In this document: in pieces, positions 1 to 9,793 of the stretch
Numbering within the stretch: the stretch's first letter is position 1
How the letters are laid out: each line of letters begins with the position of its first letter
IMG/VR virus record: IMGVR_UViG_3300036781_000342
Coordinates: 1 to 52,666 of that record
From: a virus
Lineage: Duplodnaviria > Caudoviricetes
Direction: 5' to 3' (one strand)
DNA: 52,666 nt
The notes under the pieces: generated by a model
Database searches by the model: none
Seen by the model: the letters and a program-made list of their open reading frames with translations, nothing else
Told to the model about the DNA's origin: nothing
Program-made: the position numbers and the translations under genes

Positions 1-861
1 CGCTCGCGCGGCTTCATGAGCGGCATCCTGCAGGGCTCGTGGGGACTGGGCTATGCGCTGGCCGCCGTCGCCAACTGGGCGCTGTTCGCCGAGTTCGGCT
101 GGCGCGGCCTGTTGTGGATCGGCATCCTGCCGGCGCTCGCGGTGGTCTGGGTCCGCTTCTTCGTCAAGGAGCCGGCGGTGTGGGCCGAGAACAAGCGCCA
201 GCAGACCGAGCAGAAGAAGGAGGTGACGCTGCCGCTGTTCACCATCTTCAAGCGCAAGTACATCTTCAACACGCTGACCGGCGTGTTCTGGATGGCCTCG
301 GCCTTCTGCGTCTACTACTCGATCTGGGCGCTGTTCCCGACCTACCTGTCGCGCGAGCTGCACTGGACGCCGGCCCAGGTCTTCGTGCCGGTGTTCGCCG
401 CCAACCTGATCGTGTTCGGCGGCAGCGCTCTGTGGGGCTTCGTCGCCGACAAGTTCGGACGGCGGCCCGCCATCTACGTGCCGGCGATCATCGGTATCTT
501 CGTGACGCCGCTCTACCTCTACACCACCGATCCGATCTGGGTGGTCGGCGGCTTCGTGCTTCAGGGCCTGTTCCTGGGCTCGATCTACGGCCAGAACCCG
601 AGCTATCTCTGCGAGCGCTTCCCGACCGAGGTGCGGGCGACGGCCTCCGGCTTCGTCTATCACCAGGGCGCGATCTGGGGCGGCCTGATCGCCCCGATCC
701 TGAGCTACTTCGCCAACGAGATGCACATGGGCTACGCCCTGCCGATGATGGTCAGCACCATGGGCTTCTCGGTGCTGGTCGTGATCTTCGTCCTGCTGGG
801 ACCGGAGACCAGGGGCAAGGAGATGACCTCCGAGCTCGAGGTCTTCCAGCCGGCGGAGTGA
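1..861 (+). CDS. MFS transporter, C-terminal part (sialate/carboxylate:H+ symporter-like); 5' end lies before the window
   Basis: Many TM helices; motif GFVADKFGRR; ERFPTEVRATASG; frame open to base 1. Confidence 0.9.
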   Translation, partial: RSRGFMSGILQGSWGLGYALAAVANWALFAEFGWRGLLWIGILPALAVVWVRFFVKEPAVWAENKRQQTEQKKEVTLPLFTIFKRKYIFNTLTGVFWMASAFCVYYSIWALFPTYLSRELHWTPAQVFVPVFAANLIVFGGSALWGFVADKFGRRPAIYVPAIIGIFVTPLYLYTTDPIWVVGGFVLQGLFLGSIYGQNPSYLCERFPTEVRATASGFVYHQGAIWGGLIAPILSYFANEMHMGYALPMMVSTMGFSVLVVIFVLLGPETRGKEMTSELEVFQPAE

Positions 862-867
862 TCAAGC

Positions 868-999
868 GACACCTCCCATTCAAATGGGGAGGTGTCAGCG
901 TCCTACGCTGACGGAGGGGTCAGGGCCGCAATTGCGCTGCGGCTCATGACCCCTCCGTCGCGGATTACCGCGCCACCTCCCCATCTGAATGGGGAGGTG
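868..999. repeat. REP/RIME-like composite palindrome
   Basis: Two CACCTCCC(C)AT..ATGGGGAGGTG hairpins (868-896, 974-999) around an inner GACGGAGGGGTCA/TGACCCCTCCGTC pair; a second copy lies at 8500-8628. Confidence 0.8.
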
Positions 1000-1038
1000 T
1001 TGTAGACAACGCCGCTGCCTTGCCGCATCCAGACGGCC

Positions 1039-2382
1039 ATGCAGCCCCGACCTGGAACCACCGAAACCCTCGCCCGCTTCGTCGTCGACACGCAGTGGGA
1101 GGAGATCCCCGCCGAGACACGCCATGAGGCCAAGCGGGCGCTGCTGAACTTCTTCGCCGTGGCGCTCGCGGGCTGCCGCACCGAGCCGGTGGCGATGGCG
1201 CTGAAGGTGATGGCGCAGTTCTCCGGCGGCCGCGAAGCGACCGTGGTCGGCCGGCGCGAGCGGATCGATGCCCTCAGCGCCGCGTTCCTGAATGCCGCCG
1301 GCGCCAATGTCTTCGACTATTGCGACACCCATCTGCCGACGGTCGTGCACCCGACCTCGCCGCTCGCCCCGGCGGTGCTGGCGATGGCCGAGCTGCAGCG
1401 CGTCACCGGGCCGGAGTTCCTGACCGCCTTCGTGCTGGGCTTCGAGATGGAATGCCGGATCGGCGCCGCCATCTCGCCCGGCCACTACCCGAAGGGCTGG
1501 CACATCACCTCGACCTGCGGCGTGTTCGCCGCCGCCGCGGCGGCCGGCAAGCTGCTCGGGCTCGGCGTGCAGCCGATGGTGTGGGCGCTGGGCACTGCGG
1601 CGACGCAGTCGGCCGGCCTGTGTGAGTGCCTGGGCTGGCCGGCCAAGAGCGTCTCGGTCGGCAACGCCGCGCGCAACGGCCTGTGGTCGGCGCTGCTGGC
1701 GGCGCAGGGCTTCGCCGGCCCACCCGAGCCGCTCGCCGGCGCGCAGGGTTTCTTCGCGGTGATGGACGAGCCGGTCGACTGGTCCGGCCTGCTCGATGGA
1801 TTGGGCACGGACTGGCAGGTCGCCAACAACTCGATCAAGCCGTACCCGTCGGGCTTCGTCATCCATCCGCTGCTCGACCTCGCGCTCGACTGGCGGCGCG
1901 CCAACCCTGACGCCGTCGTCGAGAAGGTGGGGGCGCGCGGCAACCCGTTGCTGCTGCAACGCACCGACCGCCCGGACGTGAAGACCGGCCGCGAATCCCA
2001 GGTCAGCCTGCAGCACGCCGTCGCCGCGGCGCTGGTGCGCGGCCAGGCGGGGCTCGCCGAGTTCACAGACGCTTGCGTCGCCGATCCCGCCGTCGCCGCG
2101 ATGCGCCGCAAGGTCGAGGTCGCGGCCAAGGGCGGCCTCTCGACCATCGCCGCCGAGATGGACATCGTCACCGCCGACGGCCGCACGCACGCCGTCGCGA
2201 CTGACGCCGCGCGCGGCAGCGTGGCCAATCCGCTGAAGGACGCCGAGATCGAGGACAAGCTGCGCACCGAGGCCGACGGCTGGCAGAAGGGCCATGACAT
2301 CCAGCCGCTGATCGACGCGGTGTGGGCCGTCGACCGGAGCGAGGACGTGTCGGCGCTTGCGAGGTTGGCGGTGCCGGGGTGA
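1039..2382 (+). CDS. MmgE/PrpD family protein
   Basis: AAFLNAAGANVFDYCDTH, VHPTSP, GWHITSTCG, IKPYPSG motifs; 447 aa. Confidence 0.92.
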   Translation: MQPRPGTTETLARFVVDTQWEEIPAETRHEAKRALLNFFAVALAGCRTEPVAMALKVMAQFSGGREATVVGRRERIDALSAAFLNAAGANVFDYCDTHLPTVVHPTSPLAPAVLAMAELQRVTGPEFLTAFVLGFEMECRIGAAISPGHYPKGWHITSTCGVFAAAAAAGKLLGLGVQPMVWALGTAATQSAGLCECLGWPAKSVSVGNAARNGLWSALLAAQGFAGPPEPLAGAQGFFAVMDEPVDWSGLLDGLGTDWQVANNSIKPYPSGFVIHPLLDLALDWRRANPDAVVEKVGARGNPLLLQRTDRPDVKTGRESQVSLQHAVAAALVRGQAGLAEFTDACVADPAVAAMRRKVEVAAKGGLSTIAAEMDIVTADGRTHAVATDAARGSVANPLKDAEIEDKLRTEADGWQKGHDIQPLIDAVWAVDRSEDVSALARLAVPG

Positions 2383-2390
2383 GGGCCCGT

Positions 2391-2609
2391 CTACGCCTCG
2401 TCATAGAGATAGAGCGTGACGGCATACGGCAGGGCGTGTGCCCAAGCGACCGCCGCCTCTACCGAGCAGGCGTCGGGCGCGTCGAACGGCGCGTCCTGCT
2501 TGCCGGCGATGAAGCCGTTGACCAGGCCTTCGACGCGATGGTCGTCGACCGGAGGCGGCGGGGCGGATTGTTCGACCAGCCACTCGGGGATTTCGAAGGT
2601 TGTGCTCAT
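2391..2609 (-). pseudogene. Truncated duplicate of the N-terminus of the 5812-start gene
   Basis: FEIPEWL..PPVDDHRVEGLVNGFIAGKQDA.FDAPDA nearly identical to the start of the 623-aa ORF; DNA 2471-2555 matches 5661-5746. Confidence 0.75.
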
Positions 2610-2639
2610 GCGCGTCACGAGGCGCGATCATGGAAGCGT

Positions 2640-3611
2640 TTAGTGCTGTGCCAACAGCTCGTCTCGCAGTGGGCCCGGGTTCATCAGCGGCGTGAGTTTG
2701 TGCCAGGGGATGACGACGGGAAAGAACGGGCTATGAGCATCGGTGACGCACCCGCTCTCCCAGGCTCCCACAGCGAAGGCATTGTGCACCGCGAGGCCGG
2801 CCTCCGTTAGATAGAGCGAAAACAGGCTCGCATTGTCGATGTACGCCAGCACGATACTGCGGCAACTGTCGTTCATCGTCTTTTGCCAAGGTACGGTCGC
2901 CTGTACGATCCGGCCTTGCTCACGCCACAAGGCTCGAAAGGCCTCAAGCTTTTGGTCGTCGCAGATCGTCATCAGAGGTCCGAAGGTGAAGAATGGACGC
3001 CGGCGCTCCTCATGGCACGAATTTATGGTGAAGATCGTTCCGTGCGCGACATCGACCGTGGCGCCGCGCACGAGGACATACGCACCGTTGCCGTCGTGCG
3101 CTTCATCGCCGATCGCCACCAGACTCAACGTGCTTGACGACAGATAGGTCGCTTTCACGAGACTAAAGTGAACGACGAAGCTTAGACCGGTGTCGAGTTC
3201 ACCGAAGCGAGTATTCGTGACACGGCGGTTGGCCTGATAGGCCGTCTTGAGGATGCGACCATGCATCGCCTCCAGCGCAGCATTCGCTCGCGCGACGCTT
3301 GCGCCGTTGGTCAGAGCAACCAATCGAGGATAGGCGATATCTGTCTTGCGGTCGGTTTCCAGCATCCATTGGCCGGCTCCCAGATCTCGCGGCTTGTCTC
3401 GGACAGGCTGAGCCCAGGCACGATAGAAGGTGGCATCCTTCCCGTCAGGCAAGTGGTTGCCGAAGCTGACTCCAGGGTCGGACAACGGAGTGAAGATCGA
3501 CTGTGCTGGGCTCGACGCGCTCCACAATATGACAAGAAAACAGAAGACGAGGGCGCGGAGCGTGACGGCCAGTAGCATGGATAGCAGTTTGGAGAGCATT
3601 GATGGCGTCAA
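2640..3611 (-). CDS. Exported protein, candidate immunity/lysozyme-inhibitor protein
   Basis: Hydrophobic N-terminal signal; paired Cys; C-terminal FSLYLTEAGLAV...VVIPWHKLTPLMNP resembles RsiV/DUF3298-type ends; lower GC; directly downstream of the SLT domain. Confidence 0.6.
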   Translation of the reverse strand: MTPSMLSKLLSMLLAVTLRALVFCFLVILWSASSPAQSIFTPLSDPGVSFGNHLPDGKDATFYRAWAQPVRDKPRDLGAGQWMLETDRKTDIAYPRLVALTNGASVARANAALEAMHGRILKTAYQANRRVTNTRFGELDTGLSFVVHFSLVKATYLSSSTLSLVAIGDEAHDGNGAYVLVRGATVDVAHGTIFTINSCHEERRRPFFTFGPLMTICDDQKLEAFRALWREQGRIVQATVPWQKTMNDSCRSIVLAYIDNASLFSLYLTEAGLAVHNAFAVGAWESGCVTDAHSPFFPVVIPWHKLTPLMNPGPLRDELLAQH

Positions 3612-3648
3612 TATGTCCAGAGGAGCAACCTATACGTGTATTCGGCCA

Positions 3649-5812
3649 TTACCTGTAGGAATCGAACCGCGTGGCATCGCCATCGAATACCTTGCCCAGA
3701 TAGGCTTGTACCTCGCCCCATCTCGGAATGGACGCCGCAGTTCTTTCTCCTTTGACGAAGGAATTGATGATTGTCGGGCCATGTTTGTATGACGCGACCG
3801 CCACCGGCCAAGAATGCCCGGTCGTATCGTAAAGGTGCCGAAGGTACTCGGCTTCCATCCTGATTGCCGGCGCAGCTTCGAGGCGCATATTGCCCAAGCG
3901 CCTGCGTACGGCCATTTCCAATTCACCCCATTGGGGCCCGTTATCCGGATCGCGTTTGGCTGCCTCCAGTCGGTTCGGTAATACCGGCGATCCCCTGACC
4001 TGGGTATTTTTCCTTCACTCCCGCCTGCTCGTTGAAACCGCTTTCTTTCCACATGATGCGGGCGAGGAGTTCGGGCGGTACCTTGAATGCGCTCGCTTCG
4101 CGGTTGATTGCGTCGAGAGTTGCCTGAGGCAGCCGTGCCTGCCAATTCTCAGGAAAGGATTCCTCGGACGGATAGTCGCTGGCGGGTTTGCCGGCCAAGC
4201 GGCCGATCTCCTTCCTATTCGTGGCGGCTTGCTCCTGCCGAGACCGTGGGGTGGTTTGCGGAGCCACAGGCTTTGCCGGAACAGGGGCAGTAGGTTTGGA
4301 GCCCGGCTGCGAAGAGCCTGGCGGTCGCGTCGCGGGACGTGAGGACGGTTTCGGCGACGCCTGAGCGAGTTCCGCATCCCCGTGCAGCTCATCGTTGCTC
4401 GGCGAGGCCGCCGCTTCCGGTAGGTCGGCTGCGGGCACGAGATTCGGATTTGCGGCTTGAGAGGGTGATTCTCCATCTGTCCAAACGCGGTCGCTGTCCG
4501 GCGGATTCGTACTACTTGCGGGCGCCGCCCCTGACTGCACATTTGTAGTTTCGGCGTCAGACGATGCTGGCGTGCCTCGCATCGCCTCGATCATGCGCTC
4601 TTGCCTGAGCCGCCCCTCTGCGTCGTCCGCCGGCAGTGCCGGCCCGACGTTGGGATAGAGTGCCGTGCCGGCGGCATACGAGTCTTGGGCGAATGCCTCG
4701 GCCTGGTGGTTCACGATCGCCTCGGCCATCGTGCGCTCGGGCCCGCGCAAACCTCGCAGCACGCGCTGCTGCGCGCCGACACCGGCCTGGGCGAAGAGGC
4801 GCAGGACGGATTCCTGCGACGCCAGCCGGCGTGTGTCGTTGGCTTTGTCGGGCTCGCTGGCGGCGTCGTACGCCTGTGCCAAGGCATTGAAGGTGCCGAT
4901 CCGGTACTGCGCCGGCTGGGTGGCGATCACCTTCGTCGCCGCAGCGAGCTGGTCGTCGAGGCCTTTCACCGTGGCGACGCGGTGGCTCTCGGCGGCCGAC
5001 TCGCGGGCGCCGATCTTGGCCTGCAGGATTAGGCGCTGCAGGTCGGTCAGCCGGTCGTCGCCCGCGACACGGTCGCTAAGCGGCGGGCCGTCCTTGTCGG
5101 CTTCGCGGGCGAGCCAGGCGTCGGTCGCGGTGTTGTCTCGGGTGGCGCCGATCGGCACCTCGAGCGCGCAGCGGTCGGCCGGGGTCAGGGCGTCGCTCAC
5201 GCGGTCGTACAAGGTCAGCGCCTGAGGGCCCTTGGCGTTGGCGAGGCGCTGCTCGATCGCCGTGCGCAGGATCTGCGAGCGGGCGGCGTTCAGGACCTGG
5301 GCCTCGTCGTCGGAGCTGGGCGCCACGCCGTCGAGCCGCGCCCGCTCCTGGGCGGCGCTGGCATGGGCCTCGGCGAGGCCGGCGATCTTGTCGTCGTTGT
5401 CGTGCTCGAGCGCGGCCGCGCGCTGGATCAGGCCCTGGCGCTCGGCGATGATCTGGCGCTGCATCACCTGCTGCTGAGCGTCGAGATGGCGGCCGATGCC
5501 GTCCATCGCGTCGGAGAGGTGGGCGTCGAGGCGCGGGCCGAGCGCGGCGCGTTCGCCGTCATCGCGCACGCGATCGAGGGTGGCGCCGCGCAGGTCCTGC
5601 AGGCGCTGGGCGATCGCCGGCGCGCCGTTGACCGCGTCGCGGCCCTGCTGGCGATAGTAGGCATCGGGTGCGTCGAACAGCGCGTCCTGCTTGCCGGCGA
5701 TGAAGCCGTTGACCAGGCCTTCGACGCGATGGTCGTCGACCGGAGGAAGGGGCGGCGGGGCGGAGGAAGGCTCGGGAAGGAGCCAGTCGGGGATTTCGAA
5801 GGGGACAGCCAT
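3649..5812 (-). pseudogene. Large helical protein with C-terminal lytic transglycosylase (SLT) domain, frameshifted near 3970
   Basis: VPPELLARIMWKESGFN (catalytic Glu) in ORF 3941-5812; the rest of the SLT (AEYLRHLYDTTGHSWPVAVASYKHGP..EVQAYLGKVF) is in another frame, 3649-3970. Confidence 0.75.
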
Positions 5813-5820
5813 GCGCCTGT

Positions 5821-6071
5821 CTTACGCGCAGTCGCACCCCGACACCTATTACGGGCAATGGCTTTTGCTATTCCCGCGCAATGCGCACCGCAAAAGGGCG
5901 GTCCATTGCCCATCGGGCGTGTCGACAGCGCGCGTTATCCCCCGAGTGCTGTGGATAAGGCGCGCGGCGCGAGGGCAACTTGGGCAATGGACCGGGGGGC
6001 GGCCTCCGATTCTCCGAGGCGATACGCGCGGCCATTGCCCGTAATAGGTCTGTGTATGGCGCGCGCGTAAG
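5821..6071. repeat. Nested inverted repeats upstream of the SLT gene
   Basis: ACCTATTACGGGCAATGGC 5844-5862 / 6031-6049 perfect; GGTCCATTGCCCA 5900-5912 / 5981-5993 perfect. Confidence 0.8.
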
Positions 6072-6189
6072 GTGCCGCGGCCATGACCACAATCGCTCTC
6101 CCTCTCGATTTCCGGCGCACCGGTTTTCTCCGTTTGCGACCGTTTTTGCGCGACTTCGAATTAAACGGTGAAAACGGCCGCAAACCGCC

Positions 6190-6299
6190 CCTCCGTCGTC
6201 CCGAGCGAAGCCGAGGGACCTTTTTTCTGCGATCAGCCGGCTGGTCGTTGAAAAAAGGTCCCTCCACTCCGCTTCGCTCCGGTCGGGACGACGGAGGGG
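6190..6299. repeat. REP-like palindromic element downstream of the dipeptidase
   Basis: CCTCCGTCGTCCCGA...TCGGGACGACGGAGG outer stem with AGGGACCTTTTTT/AAAAAAGGTCCCT inner stem. Confidence 0.7.
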
Positions 6300-6343
6300 C
6301 CGCAGGTTCGCTTCGGTCGAGAAGGCGGAGCGGGGCCGGCGAC

Positions 6344-7609
6344 CTACGCCTTCGCGCTGTCGAGCACGCGGAACCAGTTCTCGCCACAGACCTTGGGCAG
6401 GTCGGCGGGCGGGACGACCTTCTTCAGCGCGGCCAGGATCTCGCCGTAGCCGCCGGCGTCGCGCGGCACGCCGCTGCGGCCGCCGGCCATGTCCAGGCCG
6501 ATGCCGACATGGTCGGCGCCGACCAGCTTGATCGCATGGTCGACGTGCGCCGCCCACTCGTCGGCGGTCGGGATCAGCGGCACCAGCTCGGGAATCTCCT
6601 TCCAGCCGCCGCGCGCACGCCAGGCGTTGCCGAACTCGCGGTCGAACATCTCGATGTACTCGCCGTGGTCGCCGGCCTGACGCGGCTGGCTCGGCTGGTA
6701 GCCCAGCATGTTGGGCAGCGCCTCGGCCGCCTTCTTCACCTCGGCCGGATGGTCGGCCATCCATTGCCGGAAGCGCTTGCTGACCACCGAGGCGCCGCCA
6801 TGGATGCCGACCACGCCGCCCTTGCTGGCGAGCAGCTTCAGCATCTCGTCCGACATGCCGACGCCGGAGATGGCCTTCATGGTGATGTGGCTGCACACGA
6901 CCGGCGCCTTGCTTGCCTCGATCATCTGCTTCTGCGCCCCCTCGGTGCCGTGGGTGATGTCGACCAGGATGCCGAGCCGGTTCATCTCGGCGACCAGGGC
7001 GTGGCCCTTGTCGTTGATGCCGTGATAGTGGTCGGGCTTCTGGCCGCCTTGTTGCATGGCGATCTCGCTATCGGCGAAGGCGTTGAAGCCGGTCTGGGTG
7101 GCGAACTGGATCGAGCGCAGGCCGAGCCGGTAGAAGGCGCCCAGCACGTCGAGGTCGCCCTCGTGGTCCCAGCCCGATTCGCTGCCGATGAACACCGCCA
7201 TGCGGCCCGAGCCGATCACCTGCCGCGCCTGCTGGGTGGTGGTGACGATCGCCATCTTGTCCTTGTGCTGCTCGGCAGTGCGCAGCGCCGTTTCGATCAG
7301 GCGCAGGAACATCTTGGGCGTGTAGTTGTAGTTCCACGCGCCGTAGGTGCCGAGATTGTCGACGATGCAGTTGACGCCGGCCGCGCGCGCCCGGCCGTAG
7401 TCCCAGTTGCCGGGCTGCGGCTGCCAGAAGTCGGCCTTCTCCCAGTAGACGCGGTTGGTGATGTGGACGTGCCCGTCCATGAACAGCGGCGGCGTGCCGG
7501 TCGGCGTCGGCGTCTGCGCCCAGGACGAGCGGCCGAGGCTTGCGGCGACGCCCGCTGCACCGAACAGACGAATCGCGTCGCGACGCGTGACGGAATTCGA
7601 TTTCATCAT
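6344..7609 (-). CDS. Tat-exported membrane dipeptidase (peptidase M19, amidohydrolase fold)
   Basis: TRRDAIRLF Tat motif; DGHVH, EMNRLGILVDITH, PVVCSH, DHVGIGLD, GENWFRV. Confidence 0.9.
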   Translation of the reverse strand: MMKSNSVTRRDAIRLFGAAGVAASLGRSSWAQTPTPTGTPPLFMDGHVHITNRVYWEKADFWQPQPGNWDYGRARAAGVNCIVDNLGTYGAWNYNYTPKMFLRLIETALRTAEQHKDKMAIVTTTQQARQVIGSGRMAVFIGSESGWDHEGDLDVLGAFYRLGLRSIQFATQTGFNAFADSEIAMQQGGQKPDHYHGINDKGHALVAEMNRLGILVDITHGTEGAQKQMIEASKAPVVCSHITMKAISGVGMSDEMLKLLASKGGVVGIHGGASVVSKRFRQWMADHPAEVKKAAEALPNMLGYQPSQPRQAGDHGEYIEMFDREFGNAWRARGGWKEIPELVPLIPTADEWAAHVDHAIKLVGADHVGIGLDMAGGRSGVPRDAGGYGEILAALKKVVPPADLPKVCGENWFRVLDSAKA

Positions 7610-7641
7610 GCTGTCCTCATGGGCTCGGAGTATCCTGCGCC

Positions 7642-8499
7642 ATGACCCGCTTCCTGCAAGCACTCGTGGCCTTGTTGTTCGCCACGCAACTCCTCGCCTC
7701 CCCGGCCAGCGCACAGAGCGAACGCTGGATGACGCTGCCGCCCACGCCGTCGCTGCCGACGCCTGCGTCGAGCGGCAAGGTCGACGTGAACGGCGCCTCG
7801 ATCTGGTACGCGGAGTTCGGCAAAGGGTCGCCGGTCGTGCTGCTGCATGGCGGATTGGCCAACTCCAACTACTGGGGCAACCAGGTGCCGGCGCTGGCCG
7901 CGACGCACCAGGTGATCGTGATCGACAGCCGCGGCCACGGCCGCAGCACGCGCAGCGCGGCGCCCTACGGCTACGAGCTGATGGCGTCCGACGTGCTGGG
8001 CGTGATGGACAAGCTCGGCGTCAAGCAGGCGGCGATCGTCGGCTGGAGCGACGGGGCGATCATCGGCCTGTCGCTCGCCATGCATCACCCCGACCGCGTG
8101 GCGCGGCTGTTCGCCTTCGCCGCCAACTCCGATCCGTCGGGCGTGAAGGACGTCGACAAGAGCCCGGTGTTCCAGCAGTTCATCGCCCGCGGCGAAAAGG
8201 AGTACGAGGGGCTGTCGCCGACGCCCAAGGAGTACAAGAAGTTCGTCGAGGAGATCAGCGCGATGTGGGCCGGCCAGCCTCACTGGACCAAAGCCGATCT
8301 CGCGAAGATCACGGTGCCGACCTGGATCGTCGACGGCGACCATGACGAGGCGATCGAGCGCAGCAACACCGAGCTGATGGCTGGGGCGATCCCCAAGGCG
8401 GGCCTGCTGCTGCAGCCCGAGGTCAGCCACTTCTCCATGCTCCAGGACCCGGCGCAGTTCACCGCAGACGTCCAGCGATTCCTGGCTCGGTCATGGTAA
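7642..8499 (+). CDS. Secreted alpha/beta hydrolase
   Basis: Signal peptide; LLHGG, DSRGHGRS, GWSDG nucleophile elbow, DHDE, SHF. Confidence 0.92.
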   Translation: MTRFLQALVALLFATQLLASPASAQSERWMTLPPTPSLPTPASSGKVDVNGASIWYAEFGKGSPVVLLHGGLANSNYWGNQVPALAATHQVIVIDSRGHGRSTRSAAPYGYELMASDVLGVMDKLGVKQAAIVGWSDGAIIGLSLAMHHPDRVARLFAFAANSDPSGVKDVDKSPVFQQFIARGEKEYEGLSPTPKEYKKFVEEISAMWAGQPHWTKADLAKITVPTWIVDGDHDEAIERSNTELMAGAIPKAGLLLQPEVSHFSMLQDPAQFTADVQRFLARSW

Positions 8500-8628
8500 C
8501 CCTCCCCATTCATATGGGGAGGTGGCCGCGTCTTACGCGGACGGAGGGGTCAAAAGCCCCACCGCGCCTGTTGCCCATGACCCCTCCGCCCGCGATTACG
8601 CGCGCACCTCCCCATTTGAATGGGGAGG
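8500..8628. repeat. Second copy of the REP/RIME-like composite palindrome
   Basis: CCTCCCCATTCATATGGGGAGG and CCTCCCCATTTGAATGGGGAGG hairpins with the same inner arms as 868-999. Confidence 0.8.
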
Positions 8629-8635
8629 AATCCTG

Positions 8636-9415
8636 ATGGTCGACTTCGACGCCGCCATCCTGCCCGCGGTCAAGCAACCCCTCGAGGTGCGTCGCACGCG
8701 CATCGCCAGGCTGGAGCGCGGCGACGTGCTGGTGCGCATCATGGCGTCGGGCCTGTGCCACACCGACCTCGAGGTGATCGAGGGATCGCTCGCCTATCCG
8801 ATGCCGATCATCCTCGGCCACGAGGGCGCGGGCGTGGTCGAGGCGGTGGGCGAGGGCGTGACCGCGGTGGCGGCCGGCGACCATGTCGTCTGCTCGTGGA
8901 ACCCGCATTGCGGCCATTGCTTCTATTGCGAGCGCGACCAGCCGATCCTGTGCGAGCCCTTCACCTTCAACCAGCCGCGCGGTTACCTGCTCGACGGAAC
9001 CTCGCGGCTGACCTGCGAGGCGGGGAAGGGGCACTTCTCGACGGTGTCCAAGGTGCATCACTTCTCGGTCGTGTCGTCGCACGCGCAGTACGCGGTCGTG
9101 CCCGAGTCGGGCGCGATCGCGGTGCCCAAGGAAATTCCGTTCGATAGAGCCTGCCTGATCGGCTGCGGCGTGATGACGGGCGTCGGCGCGGCGGTGCGGC
9201 TGGCGCGGGTCGAGGCGGGCGCGTCGGTCGCGGTGATCGGCTGCGGCGCGGTCGGCTTGAACGCGCTGCAGGGCGCGCGGCTCGCCAATGCGGGCACGGT
9301 CATCGCCATCGACCGCGCCAAGGGCCGGCAGAACCTGGCGCGCTCGTTCGGCGCCGATCTCACCACGGGTGAGGCGGGTGACGACGTCGTGGCCTTCGTG
9401 AGGCCAGCGACATAG
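8636..9415 (+). pseudogene. Zn-dependent alcohol dehydrogenase, C-terminally truncated by prophage insertion
   Basis: GLCHTD, ILGHEGAG, CGHCFYC..C, GCGAVG; stops after 259 aa inside the Rossmann domain where AT-richer phage DNA starts. Confidence 0.85.
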
Positions 9416-9538
9416 TTTTGTCTGACGTTGGTAAGACAGGGTTTTTCCGATTCTGCCTAGTTTTCAGATGCGTCTTTGTCGGATGTCTGTCTGTCTGAAG
9501 CGACAAAATACGGGGTTTTGCGCGAAACTTGCGCGCGA

Positions 9539-9793
9539 TCAGCCCCAGGTTTTCTTCGCCGCCTCGGCCGCTGCAGCGAACGTCTCGGGTGACGGCCGAG
9601 GGTCGGGTTCTTGCTGATAGGCCGGGTCCCAAACCCCACCACCCGGCGCGGTGTCGACAACCTGCGTCCAATCCTCTTTCTCCGCACGAGCGGCTGCCTC
9701 GGCCTCTTCGACGGTATCGTAGCAGCCTTTGAAATCCTCCCAGCCGCCGCACGGGTAGTAATGGCTGCCCGCGAACATCAGGTAGCGTTTCAT
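9539..9793 (-). CDS. Phage hypothetical protein (MKRYLMFAGSHYYPCGGWEDF)
   Basis: ATGA overlap with integrase stop; GGAG RBS. Confidence 0.75.
   Translation of the reverse strand: MKRYLMFAGSHYYPCGGWEDFKGCYDTVEEAEAAARAEKEDWTQVVDTAPGGGVWDPAYQQEPDPRPSPETFAAAAEAAKKTWG

Noticed and set aside
9400-9540. tRNA at the attachment site
   Set aside because: No cloverleaf or T-loop; the insertion is in a protein gene
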